Of a stretch of 64,000 nt of DNA, positions 41,787-51,644 are shown piece by piece; the stretch's first letter is position 1; every line of letters begins with the position of its first letter. The notes under the pieces are model-generated. The model was not told the origin of the DNA and did not search any database. It saw only the letters and a program-made list of their open reading frames with translations. Origin of the DNA: an uncultured bacterium (GTDB lineage Bacteria; Patescibacteriota; Patescibacteriia; Magasanikbacterales; GWA2-37-8); NCBI GenBank assembly GCA_937903605.1, contig CALCZC010000007.1, positions 124,459 to 188,458 of the forward strand, in the 5' to 3' direction. Both the position numbers and the translations under genes were made by a program.

Positions 41787-43160
41787 TTAAATTATTTCTC
41801 CCTTGAGTATCCACTTCTCCGCAAAATTTATTTTCACTTTTACCAACTTCCCAATCATTTTTTTATTTCCCAAAAATTGCACCATTTTCATTTCGTTTGA
41901 ATTTCCTGTACAAATCTCCCTCTCCACCCCATCCTCCTCTCGGGCAGAGGAGGGAGACTGACAATCATCCACCAATACTTCTACAGTTTGTCCTAAATAT
42001 TTTTGATTTTTACGCAAAACTATTTCTTCCATCAAATCCTGCAATATACGCCAACGACGTTTTTTTTCTTCCATTAAAACATCGTCTTTGTAAATTTTCG
42101 CCGCTACCGTCCCACTGCGCTGACTGTACATAGCAAGATACGCAATATCAAAATCACATTGTTTATACAAATCAACCGTTTGTTCAAATTGTTTTTTAGT
42201 TTCCGAGCAAAAACCAACAATAATATCCGTACCAATGGCAATCTCGGGTTTTTGCGCGCGAATTTTTTTGATTAATTTTATAAATTGTTCGCGCGTATAT
42301 TTGCGATTCATTTTCTTGAGTATTTCATTATCCCCCGCTTGCACCGGTAAATGAATATAATTGACCATTTTGGGCAAACTCAACGCTTTAACTTGATAAT
42401 CATCAAAATGTTGAGGGTCGGGTGCGGTATAAAATACACGAAAATCGCCCGGCAATTTATTTATTTCCCAAAGTAAGGCGGCAAAATCGTTTTTTTGAAT
42501 TGCTGGATAAAAAAGATTTTTCTTATTATAATTTTCCGGATCTGGCGCGCGATAATTATTGACTACTTGCCCAAGTAAGGTGATTTCTTTGGCGCCTTTT
42601 TTCACCGCTTTTTTTATTTCTTGCAAAACATCTTTCACTGGTCTGTTTTTTTCTCTACCCCGAGCATAAGGCACTACGCAATATGAACAAAAATTATTGC
42701 AACCGATTTGAATAGTGACAAAAGCTTTATAATCATGTTCACGCTTAGGATCTATATTCCAATATTGTCCAACATCTTCAAATTTCAGTTTAAACCAATC
42801 AGGTCGAAGTTCTCGCAACCATATCGATAACTTTGGAAGATCAATAATCGGAAAAAATAGATCCGCACTGGGAATTTTTTTTCGCAATCGTCCATCCGTA
42901 TCTCGTCCAGGCATGCAACCGGTCACAGCAAAAATCAAATTTGGTTTTTGTTTTTTTAATTTTAAAATTTTTCTGTTTATTCCGCTGGTTCTGTCTTCGG
43001 CCATTTGACGCACACTGCAGGTGTTTACCAGCACCAAATCCGCCTTTTCCAATACCGGCGTTTCTTTCATACCAAGAGACACTAAAAGCGCCCCGGCGCG
43101 CTCTGAGTCGTTTTTATTCATCTGACAGCCAAAAGTGATAAGGTGATAGTATTTAGGCAT
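41787..43160 (-). CDS. miaB: tRNA-2-methylthio-N6-dimethylallyladenosine synthase
   Basis: TFGCQMN, NTCSVR, radical SAM GCNNFCSYCVVPYARG, HLPVQAG, TDIIVGF, C-terminal TRAM domain. Confidence 0.92.
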   Translation of the reverse strand: MPKYYHLITFGCQMNKNDSERAGALLVSLGMKETPVLEKADLVLVNTCSVRQMAEDRTSGINRKILKLKKQKPNLIFAVTGCMPGRDTDGRLRKKIPSADLFFPIIDLPKLSIWLRELRPDWFKLKFEDVGQYWNIDPKREHDYKAFVTIQIGCNNFCSYCVVPYARGREKNRPVKDVLQEIKKAVKKGAKEITLLGQVVNNYRAPDPENYNKKNLFYPAIQKNDFAALLWEINKLPGDFRVFYTAPDPQHFDDYQVKALSLPKMVNYIHLPVQAGDNEILKKMNRKYTREQFIKLIKKIRAQKPEIAIGTDIIVGFCSETKKQFEQTVDLYKQCDFDIAYLAMYSQRSGTVAAKIYKDDVLMEEKKRRWRILQDLMEEIVLRKNQKYLGQTVEVLVDDCQSPSSAREEDGVEREICTGNSNEMKMVQFLGNKKMIGKLVKVKINFAEKWILKGEII

Positions 43161-43278
43161 AATCTAGGGCATTTTAACGGTTTTTTGACGTTTTGGCAAC
43201 TACCAATGAAATTGACATAACTTTCAATAAACACTAGGATATAATTAGTACATTATACATAAATAAAAGGAGAATGAA

Positions 43279-43506
43279 ATGAAAACACAAAAGCTGAACT
43301 TCTCTTTTAACAAGAAGGACAAGCAGGAGTCTTATTGCAAAAAATGCGGGATGCACACTACTCACCACACTGGACTGGCGTGGAATCATGATGCCGGTTT
43401 GTATCTGAGCGTTTTCCGCTGTGAAAAATGCAAAAAAACTCTTAAGAAAAAGATTGATTATGAATCTTTCAAAGAAGCAAAGACTCTCGCTGAGCTTCCT
43501 TCCTAA
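43279..43506 (+). CDS. Small zinc-ribbon protein (YCKKC..HTTH...CEKC), boxA-cassette gene
   Basis: 75 aa; promoter, GTACATTATACAT, AAGGAG; terminator CCGCCC-TCTGT-GGGCGG-T6. Confidence 0.75.
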   Translation: MKTQKLNFSFNKKDKQESYCKKCGMHTTHHTGLAWNHDAGLYLSVFRCEKCKKTLKKKIDYESFKEAKTLAELPS

Positions 43507-43617
43507 CCGCCCTCTGTGGGCGGTTTTTTAATATATTAGATATTCTTGACAATTTTATTTTTTTATTGTATAATCTTCCTGGTCCTTTTTTATAAAATAT
43601 TTTTCCGGGAGGAAAAA

Positions 43618-43857
43618 ATGCACAACAACAATGAATATCGTTATCCACCGTCTGCTTCTTATCAAAGTCTCGGGGTAATAAAAAAATTCTGCAAAGGCCG
43701 TTGCCAGATGGAAACAGATCATTTTGAAGGTGTTTCTTGGAACAAGGGTGTTAGCGAAAGAAAGATAACCTGTGTTGTCTGTCAACGCATAGAAACAGAG
43801 AATATATCTTGGGAAAAGTGCATACAGTTGGCTCCCAGAGCCGCTTTGGACACATAA
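43618..43857 (+). CDS. Small zinc-ribbon protein (FCKGRC..ETDH...CVVC), boxA-cassette gene
   Basis: Start at ATG 43618 after GGGAGG; TTGACA-17-TATAAT promoter at 43546-43574; terminator TCCGCCCT/AGGGCGGA. Confidence 0.75.
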   Translation: MHNNNEYRYPPSASYQSLGVIKKFCKGRCQMETDHFEGVSWNKGVSERKITCVVCQRIETENISWEKCIQLAPRAALDT

Positions 43858-43987
43858 ACCAAGTTCTTTTTATTTTAGTCCGCCCTTTTTAGGGCGGATT
43901 TTTTAATTCCCCCAAACCTTGACATTTGAAATAAAAGAAGTAAAATTCATGTGTTCTTTAAAAACAACTTCCTTAATGGAGCCGTGA

Positions 43988-44434
43988 ATGCCGAAAGAAA
44001 AACAAACAAAGCTTTTCGATCAGGAAAAAGCTCGCCAAGAAAGAGAAAAAGAAACGCTTTTGTTGGAACTTTCCAAAAAGAATCCCGACCTAATGCTGTT
44101 AAAAAAAGCCAACACCTATCTCTTTGGTCTTTTATCTGAAACAGAAAAAGAAAAAATCTGGAAAATCATCAAAGATGATATTGAATGTTTGCTTCATCTT
44201 ATTCGCCCAGAGTCTAACCGTGGCGATGTTTTTCCGGAAAAAGCCTTTTGTTTCGATACGCTCAATGTTATTTTTACCAACGGAGACTCAAACATTGTTG
44301 AATTTTTTATCCGCTCGCAATTTTACCGGAGAGGCATGCAAAACTTCTTGCTTTCTCTGAAGAAAAACCCCCGTCTCATCACGGAAAAAATAGGTAAAAA
44401 GACCTATCAAAAATTTCTGAAAGAAATCAAATAA
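43988..44434 (+). CDS. Hypothetical helical protein, boxA-cassette gene
   Basis: 148 aa; TTGACA-16-TAAAAT, GTTCTTTAAAAAC and GGAG upstream. Confidence 0.7.
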   Translation: MPKEKQTKLFDQEKARQEREKETLLLELSKKNPDLMLLKKANTYLFGLLSETEKEKIWKIIKDDIECLLHLIRPESNRGDVFPEKAFCFDTLNVIFTNGDSNIVEFFIRSQFYRRGMQNFLLSLKKNPRLITEKIGKKTYQKFLKEIK

Positions 44435-44483
44435 AGGAAGGTGCTTACAAAACCGCCCCGACTATATGTCGAGGCGTTTTTTA

Positions 44484-46319
44484 TTAAACTCTATCTTTTA
44501 TTTCTCCCAAAATCTTTTCAACAAATTTTTCTTTACTCATTTTTTCTTGTTTTTCCACTCCCCTTATTCTGATCATCCATTCTTCACCACTCAATTCTTT
44601 ATCACCTACCGCGACGATATAAGGTACTTTTTGTTTTACAGCTTTGCGAACTTTGTTACCAAGTGTTTCATCCGCTTCATCGCTTTCCACTCGTAAACCA
44701 AGATCAATCAACTCGGTTCTGATTTTTCTCGCGCCTTCTACATGTTTTTCACTCACCGGTACGAGCATAATTTGTGTCGGTGCCAACCAAACTGGAAAAG
44801 CTCCGGCATAATGTTCTATGAGCAAGCCGATAAATCTTTCAAACGAACCAAATAACGCGCGATGTAACATATAAGGACGTTCTTGTTCGCCTTTATTATT
44901 GACGAAATTCATATCAAAGCGTTCCGGAATATTAAAATCAAACTGCAAAGTAGAGCATTGCCATAAACGGCCCAAACAATCTTTAATTTTGAAATCCAAT
45001 TTCGGACCGTAAAAAGCGGCTTCACCAAGTTCTTCGGTAAAGTTTAATTTCTTTTCTTTGGCAACTTTACGCAAAACACTTTCCGTCAATTCCCAACCCT
45101 CGTCGCTACCAACATATTTTTCTTTATCATTTGGATCACGCAAAGATAAGAATACTTGTACATCATCAATGTTGAAACCAAACGATTTATAAATAAACAA
45201 AATAAAATCTATCACTCTTTTGAGCTCTTCTTCTACTTGTTCTTTGGAACAAATAATATGCGCATCATCTTGAGTAAAACCGCGCACGCGAGTCAAACCC
45301 GATAACTGACCTTTTTTCTCATGACGATAAACTGTGCCACATTCCGCCCAACGCAGAGGAAGTTCGCGATAAGAATATGGACGATTTTTGAAAATCTGCA
45401 CATGAAACGGACAGTTCATGGGTTTGAGCAAATAAGTTTCATGCTCTTTGGCTTCTTGATTGTTTTGACTTTCTTTGAGTGTTTGCCCGACCTCCAGTGG
45501 CGGATACATACTATCATTATAAAATCCCCAATGTCCGCTAGTTTCCCAAAGCGCTTTGTTACCAATGTGCGGAGTACGCACTAATTCATAACCTCCAAGC
45601 AAATGATGCTTGTACCAAAATTCTTCAATCACTCGCCAGACTATCGCGCCCTTGGGATGCCACAGGGGCAAACCCAAACCAACCATCTCATCAATATGAA
45701 ATAGATCCAACTCCTTGCCCAGTTTGCGATGATCGCGTTTTTCCGCTTCTTCCAATAAAAATAGATAATCATCCAACTCCTTTTGTTTGGCAAAACAAAC
45801 GCCATAAACTCTGGTCAACTGCGGATTTTCGCTTTTACCGCGCCAATAAGCACCAGCCAGTTTAGTTAACTTGAAAACACCGATATCTTTGGTGGATTCC
45901 AAATGAGGACCGCGACAAAGGTCTATAAAATTACCGGTTTGATAGATAGTGACTTTATCTATATTTCCGCCAATCTCGACCAATTCTTCATCATTAACTT
46001 TGGTCGTGCCTTTTGTTTTCAAATCATTTAACAGCTCTACTTTGTAATCTTGGCCCATTTGTGCAAACTGTTCCATAGCTTTGTCAATGGTCACCTCTTG
46101 ACGGGAAAATGGCAAATCTTGTTTTTGCAATTCTTTGGCTTTATACTCTATTTTTTGTAAATCATCTTCTGTTACCGGCACACCAAAATCAATATCATAA
46201 TAAAACCCGTTTTCAACAGTCGGACCTACACCAAATTTAGCTTTAGGATAAAGCTCGGCTACGGCTGCAGCCACCAAATGCGCACAACTATGACGCATAA
46301 TTGAAATATCTAATTTCAT
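44484..46319 (-). CDS. thrS: Threonine--tRNA ligase (no N-terminal TGS domain)
   Basis: RHSCAHL, DLCRGPH, GAYWRG, RDHRKLG, KPMNCP, GLTRVRGFTQDDAH, AFYGPKLD, HRALFGSFERF. Confidence 0.97.
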   Translation of the reverse strand: MKLDISIMRHSCAHLVAAAVAELYPKAKFGVGPTVENGFYYDIDFGVPVTEDDLQKIEYKAKELQKQDLPFSRQEVTIDKAMEQFAQMGQDYKVELLNDLKTKGTTKVNDEELVEIGGNIDKVTIYQTGNFIDLCRGPHLESTKDIGVFKLTKLAGAYWRGKSENPQLTRVYGVCFAKQKELDDYLFLLEEAEKRDHRKLGKELDLFHIDEMVGLGLPLWHPKGAIVWRVIEEFWYKHHLLGGYELVRTPHIGNKALWETSGHWGFYNDSMYPPLEVGQTLKESQNNQEAKEHETYLLKPMNCPFHVQIFKNRPYSYRELPLRWAECGTVYRHEKKGQLSGLTRVRGFTQDDAHIICSKEQVEEELKRVIDFILFIYKSFGFNIDDVQVFLSLRDPNDKEKYVGSDEGWELTESVLRKVAKEKKLNFTEELGEAAFYGPKLDFKIKDCLGRLWQCSTLQFDFNIPERFDMNFVNNKGEQERPYMLHRALFGSFERFIGLLIEHYAGAFPVWLAPTQIMLVPVSEKHVEGARKIRTELIDLGLRVESDEADETLGNKVRKAVKQKVPYIVAVGDKELSGEEWMIRIRGVEKQEKMSKEKFVEKILGEIKDRV

Positions 46320-46450
46320 ATGTGAATATTATTTAATTTATACTAATATACGAATTGTACTAATTATACGAATGGAATACGAATATATTCGTATTGAGTA
46401 TTAGTATAGCATTAGTATCATTCGTACCATTAGTATATTGGTATGTTTTA

Positions 46451-46605
46451 AAATAAAAAACCGATACCTCAAAAACAAAGATATCGGGGTCCTTAAAAAT
46501 TTAGGACGGTTCCACCCGTATTTTTCACTTTTTATAAATTGTCATTTCTCCAAAGAGTGGTACCATAACGTCAATGCGTCTGGGCTGGTTCTTTTGACTA
46601 GCAAT
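46451..46605 (-). promoter_or_regulatory. T-box riboswitch (Thr) with antiterminator and intrinsic terminator
   Basis: CGGG-TGGAACC-GTCCT...AGGAC-CCCG antiterminator (46485-46518) overlaps terminator CCGATATC...GGTATCGG plus U-tract; ACC specifier candidate at 46587-46589; promoter TTGACT/TATAAT upstream. Confidence 0.88.
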
Positions 46606-46695
46606 CAAAATTATAACAATTCCCCAAAAAAAGTCAACCACAAAACAAAAAGTAATAAAAAAACCGCCTTGTTTAAGGGCGGCTATAAAAACATT

Positions 46696-47324
46696 TCAGA
46701 GAAGCTCTTCTTCGACAAATCCCCGAAGAACAGCGGCGGCGTTGTAGTGATGGTGTTTTTCGTAATCGGTCACAAAAGATTCAAAACAGCCTTTGAACCC
46801 CTTGAGATCCACACCGAACTTTTCCGCCAGCATTTTGAAATTACACAAAGTTCTCTTGGTGCTTTCGGAAGATCTGGTAACTTCTTCACGAAAACGTTCT
46901 GTATATTTGACCATCAATTCAAAAGCTTCCGGAGAACCCGGCTTGATTTCCAAGTTGCGTAAAAGACCAAGCAAGTCCTCAAGAGCAATCTCATCGCAGA
47001 AATTCTGTTGAACCAGGGCGTTTAAAACCGCCTTGTTGACCGAGAAATCGTCAAACTCTTTTTTGAAAAAAGCCGGAGAAGTTCATTGGCCTTGGACAGA
47101 TCGTTTTCCGGTTCCAGTAAAATAATACATTCCAGGGACCAGGAAAGAAACTCTTTTTCTTCTGCCGGAGTAAACCGGTAATGCTTGTCCAGATAAGCCT
47201 TTATGTTTTCTCTTTTAAAAAAAGGAAAGACATTGAGGCTCGGAAGAGAGTTCGGATCATGCTTTTCAAACAGTTGCCGCGCGCCAAAATAAAGCGCGAT
47301 TTGGGAAGTCATTCTTTGTTCCAT
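46696..47324 (-). CDS. Hypothetical protein split in two frames (47022-47324 and 46696-46974); programmed -1 frameshift or frameshifted pseudogene
   Basis: A -1 shift at A_AAA_AAG (47058-47064) joins both ORFs into one ~209-aa open frame; boxA-cassette leader upstream. Confidence 0.6.
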
Positions 47325-47604
47325 TTTTTCCTCCGAAAAAACGTTAATAAATCATCTAATATTTAAAGAACCTTATCTTTGAAAAAAGACATTTTATTTT
47401 AGCCAAAAAAATACTTTTTGTCAACACAAACCCCATGTTGATAATTTAACCACAAAAATTTCCCCATTTTAGCCAAAATATGCTATAATAATATAGTCTA
47501 ATTCCGATAGGATTTTTTTGGGAAAATTGTTTAGGTTATTTATTTTATTATTTACTAACTTATAAGCTCGTTGGCTTATTTACTTTAAAAATTTTTACTT
47601 TAAT

Positions 47605-48570
47605 ATGTATTCCCCTTCTTATCGCGAAGCTTTAAAAAATTCTTTTATTTTAATTTGGAAAAATAAATCTTTTTGGATTTTCGGTATTCTTGCCGCTCTT
47701 TTTGTCAGCCCTTTTGGCATGGGCGGTTTTTTTGGTCAAATAATTTTAACCGGTAGTGAAACTTTACCGTTGAGCTATTTTCCTTGGGGCGGTTTTTTCA
47801 AATTTTTAGCCAATAGCGATCCGACAAATTTTGTTTCTGCGGTTTGGTTGCTCGAAATTATTTTGGCGATCTTTATAATTGTAGTTTTTGTTTCTGTTTG
47901 CGCGCAAACTTCTTTGATTATCAACACTTGTGAATATTATAAAAAGAAAACACACTCCAAGCTGTCCGATACTTGGCACAAAAGTTACAAATATTTTTGG
48001 AAAATACTTGGTTTTGATTTAATCCGCAAAATAACCTTGGTTTTATTAATAGCTTTTAGCTCCGCCCTTTGGTTTATAGCAACTAACAACGATTTTTGGA
48101 CAAAATTATTTTTAATTTTATCTTTTATAATCGTTATTTTTTTAATGTTAGTGATTTCCGCTATAACTATTTATGCTTCCGGATACGCGGTTATTGATAA
48201 TGAAAATTTTTGGGCTAGCTTCAAAAAAGGCGCTCTACTGTTCAAAGATCATTTTTTGGTTTCTTTTGAAATAAGCTTGATAATGTTGGTGTTGGATTTG
48301 ATACTGGCTTCTTTTATTTCTACCGCGATTGTTTTGTCTTTTATTCCAGCAACTCTGTTATGGTTTTTGGCCGGATTGGCTAATAGCTTATTTTTATTAA
48401 ATTTGGCACTTGTTTTAAGCCTTTTGATTATAACTTTCCTGATAATTATTATCGGCGGTTTTTATAATGCTTTCAATACCGGGACTTGGATGTATTTATT
48501 CATGAAAATGCATCACAAAGGCATCTTTTCCCGAATTGGCCATCTTTTTATTAAACTTTTTCAAAAATAA
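47605..48570 (+). CDS. Hypothetical polytopic membrane protein
   Basis: About 7 hydrophobic segments; 2 nt upstream of the pilus ATPase gene. Confidence 0.75.
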   Translation: MYSPSYREALKNSFILIWKNKSFWIFGILAALFVSPFGMGGFFGQIILTGSETLPLSYFPWGGFFKFLANSDPTNFVSAVWLLEIILAIFIIVVFVSVCAQTSLIINTCEYYKKKTHSKLSDTWHKSYKYFWKILGFDLIRKITLVLLIAFSSALWFIATNNDFWTKLFLILSFIIVIFLMLVISAITIYASGYAVIDNENFWASFKKGALLFKDHFLVSFEISLIMLVLDLILASFISTAIVLSFIPATLLWFLAGLANSLFLLNLALVLSLLIITFLIIIIGGFYNAFNTGTWMYLFMKMHHKGIFSRIGHLFIKLFQK

Positions 48571-48572
48571 TT

Positions 48573-50276
48573 ATGTCCGATTTTCAATCCATCAACGAAT
48601 TGATGAAAAAGGGGGGCACTAAGAAAAAAAGCGATGATGTCCAGGAACAATTAACCCAACAGATAAAAAATATCCGTCAAAAAGGCAAAGAGGAAGACAC
48701 AGAAAAGAAGGCTAAAGAACTTAGTTTGCCTTATATTAATCTTTATGGATTCCCTGTTTCCGCCGAATCATTGCGCGTTATTCCTGAAGCGCAAGCTCGC
48801 GAAAAAAACATTATCTGCTTTTATTCCGCACCGGATAAAATAAAGTTAGCCTCTACGGAAATAAACGAAGAAATCAAAGAACTGGCTTATCAGCTGGGAG
48901 AAAAAAACCATGCTGAATCGGAATTGTATTTAGTTTCCGCAAATAGTCTGGATTATGTTATGAAACTTTATGCCAACCTTCCGATCATCAAACCGGTTAG
49001 TAAAGAGATTAATATTACCGAGGAAGAACTCAATAAATATCAGGTAGAAATGAATAATATTCAATCTCTAGAAGAAAAGTTTAAGAATATCAATATTACA
49101 GATATTTTAACTTTGATCATTGCTTCCGCGCTCAAACTCAATAGCTCCGATATTCATGTTGAAGCCGAAGAAAAAGGTATTGCCGTACGTTATCGTATTG
49201 ATGGGGTGCTCCACGATGTTGCTAATTTACCTATAGAACAATGGAAACGTTTTGTATCGCGTATCAAGCTCTTGGCTGCTCTAAAAATAAATATTGATGA
49301 CAAGCCACAAGATGGTCGGGTAACTTTGAAACTTCCTTCTGGTAATATTGATGTACGTGTTTCCACCATGCCGACAACTTATGGCGAGAGCGTGGTGATG
49401 AGAATTTTGTTTTCCGGTAGCAAGGGGGTTACTTTTGACGATCTGGGTTTTTATGGTGATTCTTACAATAAATTAAAACGAGAAATAGAACGTCCAAACG
49501 GGATGATTATTACTACCGGTCCGACAGGTTCCGGTAAAACTACTACGCTTTATGCTATTTTGCGTACTCTCAACAAACCCGGAGTAAAGATCATTACTTT
49601 GGAAGATCCGGTGGAAATCAAAATGGAAGGTGTCAACCAAAGTCAGGTTGACCCGAGCCGCGATTATACTTTTGCCAAAGGTTTGCGTAGTATCTTACGC
49701 CAAGATCCTGATATTTGTATGGTTGGGGAAATCCGTGATTTAGAAACCGCTGAAATTGCTATTCAGGCCGCCCTTACCGGTCACTTAATGCTTTCTACTA
49801 TCCATACCAACAGCGCTTCTGGAGCTTTACCTCGTTTCCTTTCTATGGGTGTTAAGCCTTTTTTACTGGCCCCTTCTCTAAACGCTATCATTGGTCAACG
49901 CTTGGTTCGTCGTACTTGTCCTAAATGTATTGAGGAAGAAAAAATAGACGATGAAAAAATGGCTAGAGTTAAAGAACAGTTGGAAAAACTACCTCTGGGC
50001 GAAAAAGAAAAAATAGATTTCAATAATCTTAAATTTTATCGTGGCAAAGGTTGTGAAGCTTGTTCGGGTTTGGGTTATAAAGGCCGTATCGGTATTTACG
50101 AAATATTTACCATGAACAAAGAAATAGAAGAGATCATTTTAACCGGTCAAACCAGTGAATATGCTATCCAAGAAATCGCGGTAAAAAATGGGATGGTTAC
50201 GATGGTGCAGGACGGTTTACTCAAAGCACTCAATAAGGTCACTACTGTGGAAGAAGTATTCCGTGTAACTGAATAA
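48573..50276 (+). CDS. pilB: Type IV pilus/T2SS assembly ATPase (PilB/GspE family)
   Basis: SDIHVE, PQDGR, GPTGSGKTTTLY, TLEDPVE, LRQDPD, GEIRD, TGHLMLSTIHTN, CPKC...GCEAC, GYKGRIG. Confidence 0.9.
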   Translation: MSDFQSINELMKKGGTKKKSDDVQEQLTQQIKNIRQKGKEEDTEKKAKELSLPYINLYGFPVSAESLRVIPEAQAREKNIICFYSAPDKIKLASTEINEEIKELAYQLGEKNHAESELYLVSANSLDYVMKLYANLPIIKPVSKEINITEEELNKYQVEMNNIQSLEEKFKNINITDILTLIIASALKLNSSDIHVEAEEKGIAVRYRIDGVLHDVANLPIEQWKRFVSRIKLLAALKINIDDKPQDGRVTLKLPSGNIDVRVSTMPTTYGESVVMRILFSGSKGVTFDDLGFYGDSYNKLKREIERPNGMIITTGPTGSGKTTTLYAILRTLNKPGVKIITLEDPVEIKMEGVNQSQVDPSRDYTFAKGLRSILRQDPDICMVGEIRDLETAEIAIQAALTGHLMLSTIHTNSASGALPRFLSMGVKPFLLAPSLNAIIGQRLVRRTCPKCIEEEKIDDEKMARVKEQLEKLPLGEKEKIDFNNLKFYRGKGCEACSGLGYKGRIGIYEIFTMNKEIEEIILTGQTSEYAIQEIAVKNGMVTMVQDGLLKALNKVTTVEEVFRVTE

Positions 50277-50403
50277 AAAGTAGTCACAAATCTATAAAAA
50301 TGGTATAATGGACTTAATCAAAAGTACTGAATATTGAATATTGAATATTGTTTTTATTTTACACAATATTTAATATCTAATATTCAATATTTAATTTTTA
50401 CTT

Positions 50404-51552
50404 ATGTACGCTCATCGCCTTTCTACCAAACCGGCTCATGAACCGCCGGTTAAAACTTATCGAGTTATCGCTTTCTCCTTTTTAGCATTAACCGTGGTAT
50501 TGTTGGCTATTGTTATTTTTTCCGCTTTGAAAAAAACCGAAATTACCATTATCGCCAAAGAAAGTAACAAGGCTATTACCTTATCATTGAATGCAATAAA
50601 AGAAAAAGGTGTTGAAAATTCAGTTGTTTCTATCGTTACTACAACTAAATTTTACTTAAGTGAAAATTATACTCCGACCGGCGCTAAAACCGTAGAAGGA
50701 ATTTCCAAAGGCGAAGTGATTTTATATAATGATACTTCCGAAGTACAAATTTTGGTTAAAACTACCAGATTATTATCTCCTGAAAATGTTTTATTTCGTT
50801 TGGAAGATAGAGTTACTATCCCCGCTCGAGGACAAACAAACGCCAAGGTTTATGCCGATCAAAACGGAGCCGCTAGTGATATCGGACCGACCAAATTTAC
50901 CATTCCCGGACTATCTGCTGATAAACAAAAAGTGGTTTATGCACAGAGTTCCAAACCCATGGCCGGTGGTAGCGGTAAAATAGGTATTGTTTCGGAAAAC
51001 GACATTACTGCCGCTAAAAATGATTTTAAAGAAAAAGTTAAACAAGCCTATCTCAAACAAATCGGAGAAGTTGAACTTTGGGCTGACATGAAAATAATAA
51101 CTGTAACCGATAATAATCCTGTTTCCTCGCATAAAGCCGGTGATGAAACTGGCGCTTTCACTATCTCTGGCACTTCCACCGTGGTTGGTGTTTTCTTTGC
51201 TAAAAAAGATTTGGAAGAAATATTAAACAAAGAAATCGGCAAATCGGTTGATAATAATTCCGAAAAAATACTTTCTTTTTCCGGAGAACCAACAGTCACT
51301 ATAGCCTCTACCGACTTGGTTAATCAATCTGCACAACTAAACATATCTCAAGAAACTTTGGTTACTCTCAATGCCGAAGCTCAGAGTCTAGAAAAATCAA
51401 ATTTTGTTGGTAAAGAGAAAAGTGAAATAGAAAGATATGTTGTCGGTTTACCCCATGTCACAGGAGTCAATGTAAAGTTCTCCCCTTCCTGGAGTGACAC
51501 CGCACCTAGCTCGGCGGATAAGATTAAAGTGGTGGTAAAAAATGTGAAGTAA
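50404..51552 (+). CDS. Membrane-anchored protein with baseplate J-like domain (CPR-type)
   Basis: One TM, then SKGEVILYN...LVKTTRL...FRL...VTIP...VYADQNG..DIGP..FTIPGL...MAGG. Confidence 0.65.
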   Translation: MYAHRLSTKPAHEPPVKTYRVIAFSFLALTVVLLAIVIFSALKKTEITIIAKESNKAITLSLNAIKEKGVENSVVSIVTTTKFYLSENYTPTGAKTVEGISKGEVILYNDTSEVQILVKTTRLLSPENVLFRLEDRVTIPARGQTNAKVYADQNGAASDIGPTKFTIPGLSADKQKVVYAQSSKPMAGGSGKIGIVSENDITAAKNDFKEKVKQAYLKQIGEVELWADMKIITVTDNNPVSSHKAGDETGAFTISGTSTVVGVFFAKKDLEEILNKEIGKSVDNNSEKILSFSGEPTVTIASTDLVNQSAQLNISQETLVTLNAEAQSLEKSNFVGKEKSEIERYVVGLPHVTGVNVKFSPSWSDTAPSSADKIKVVVKNVK

Positions 51553-51644
51553 AAAATATTTAAAATATTAGAATATTAAAAAATCCGACCAAATTGGCCG
51601 GATTTTTATTTATTTTTATCTTTACAATTTTACTATTTACAAGC

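Noticed and set aside
36698-44434. Integron cassette array or prophage for the run of small orphan genes
   Set aside because: I found no integrase, no attC-like RYYYAAC...GTTRRRY sites and no phage structural genes. The genes carry their own promoters, lie on both strands and are interleaved with miaA, miaB and thrS.
50404-51552. Phage tail or contractile injection system implied by the baseplate J-like domain
   Set aside because: A solitary membrane-anchored gene with no sheath, tube or spike neighbours; this type is common in CPR chromosomes.
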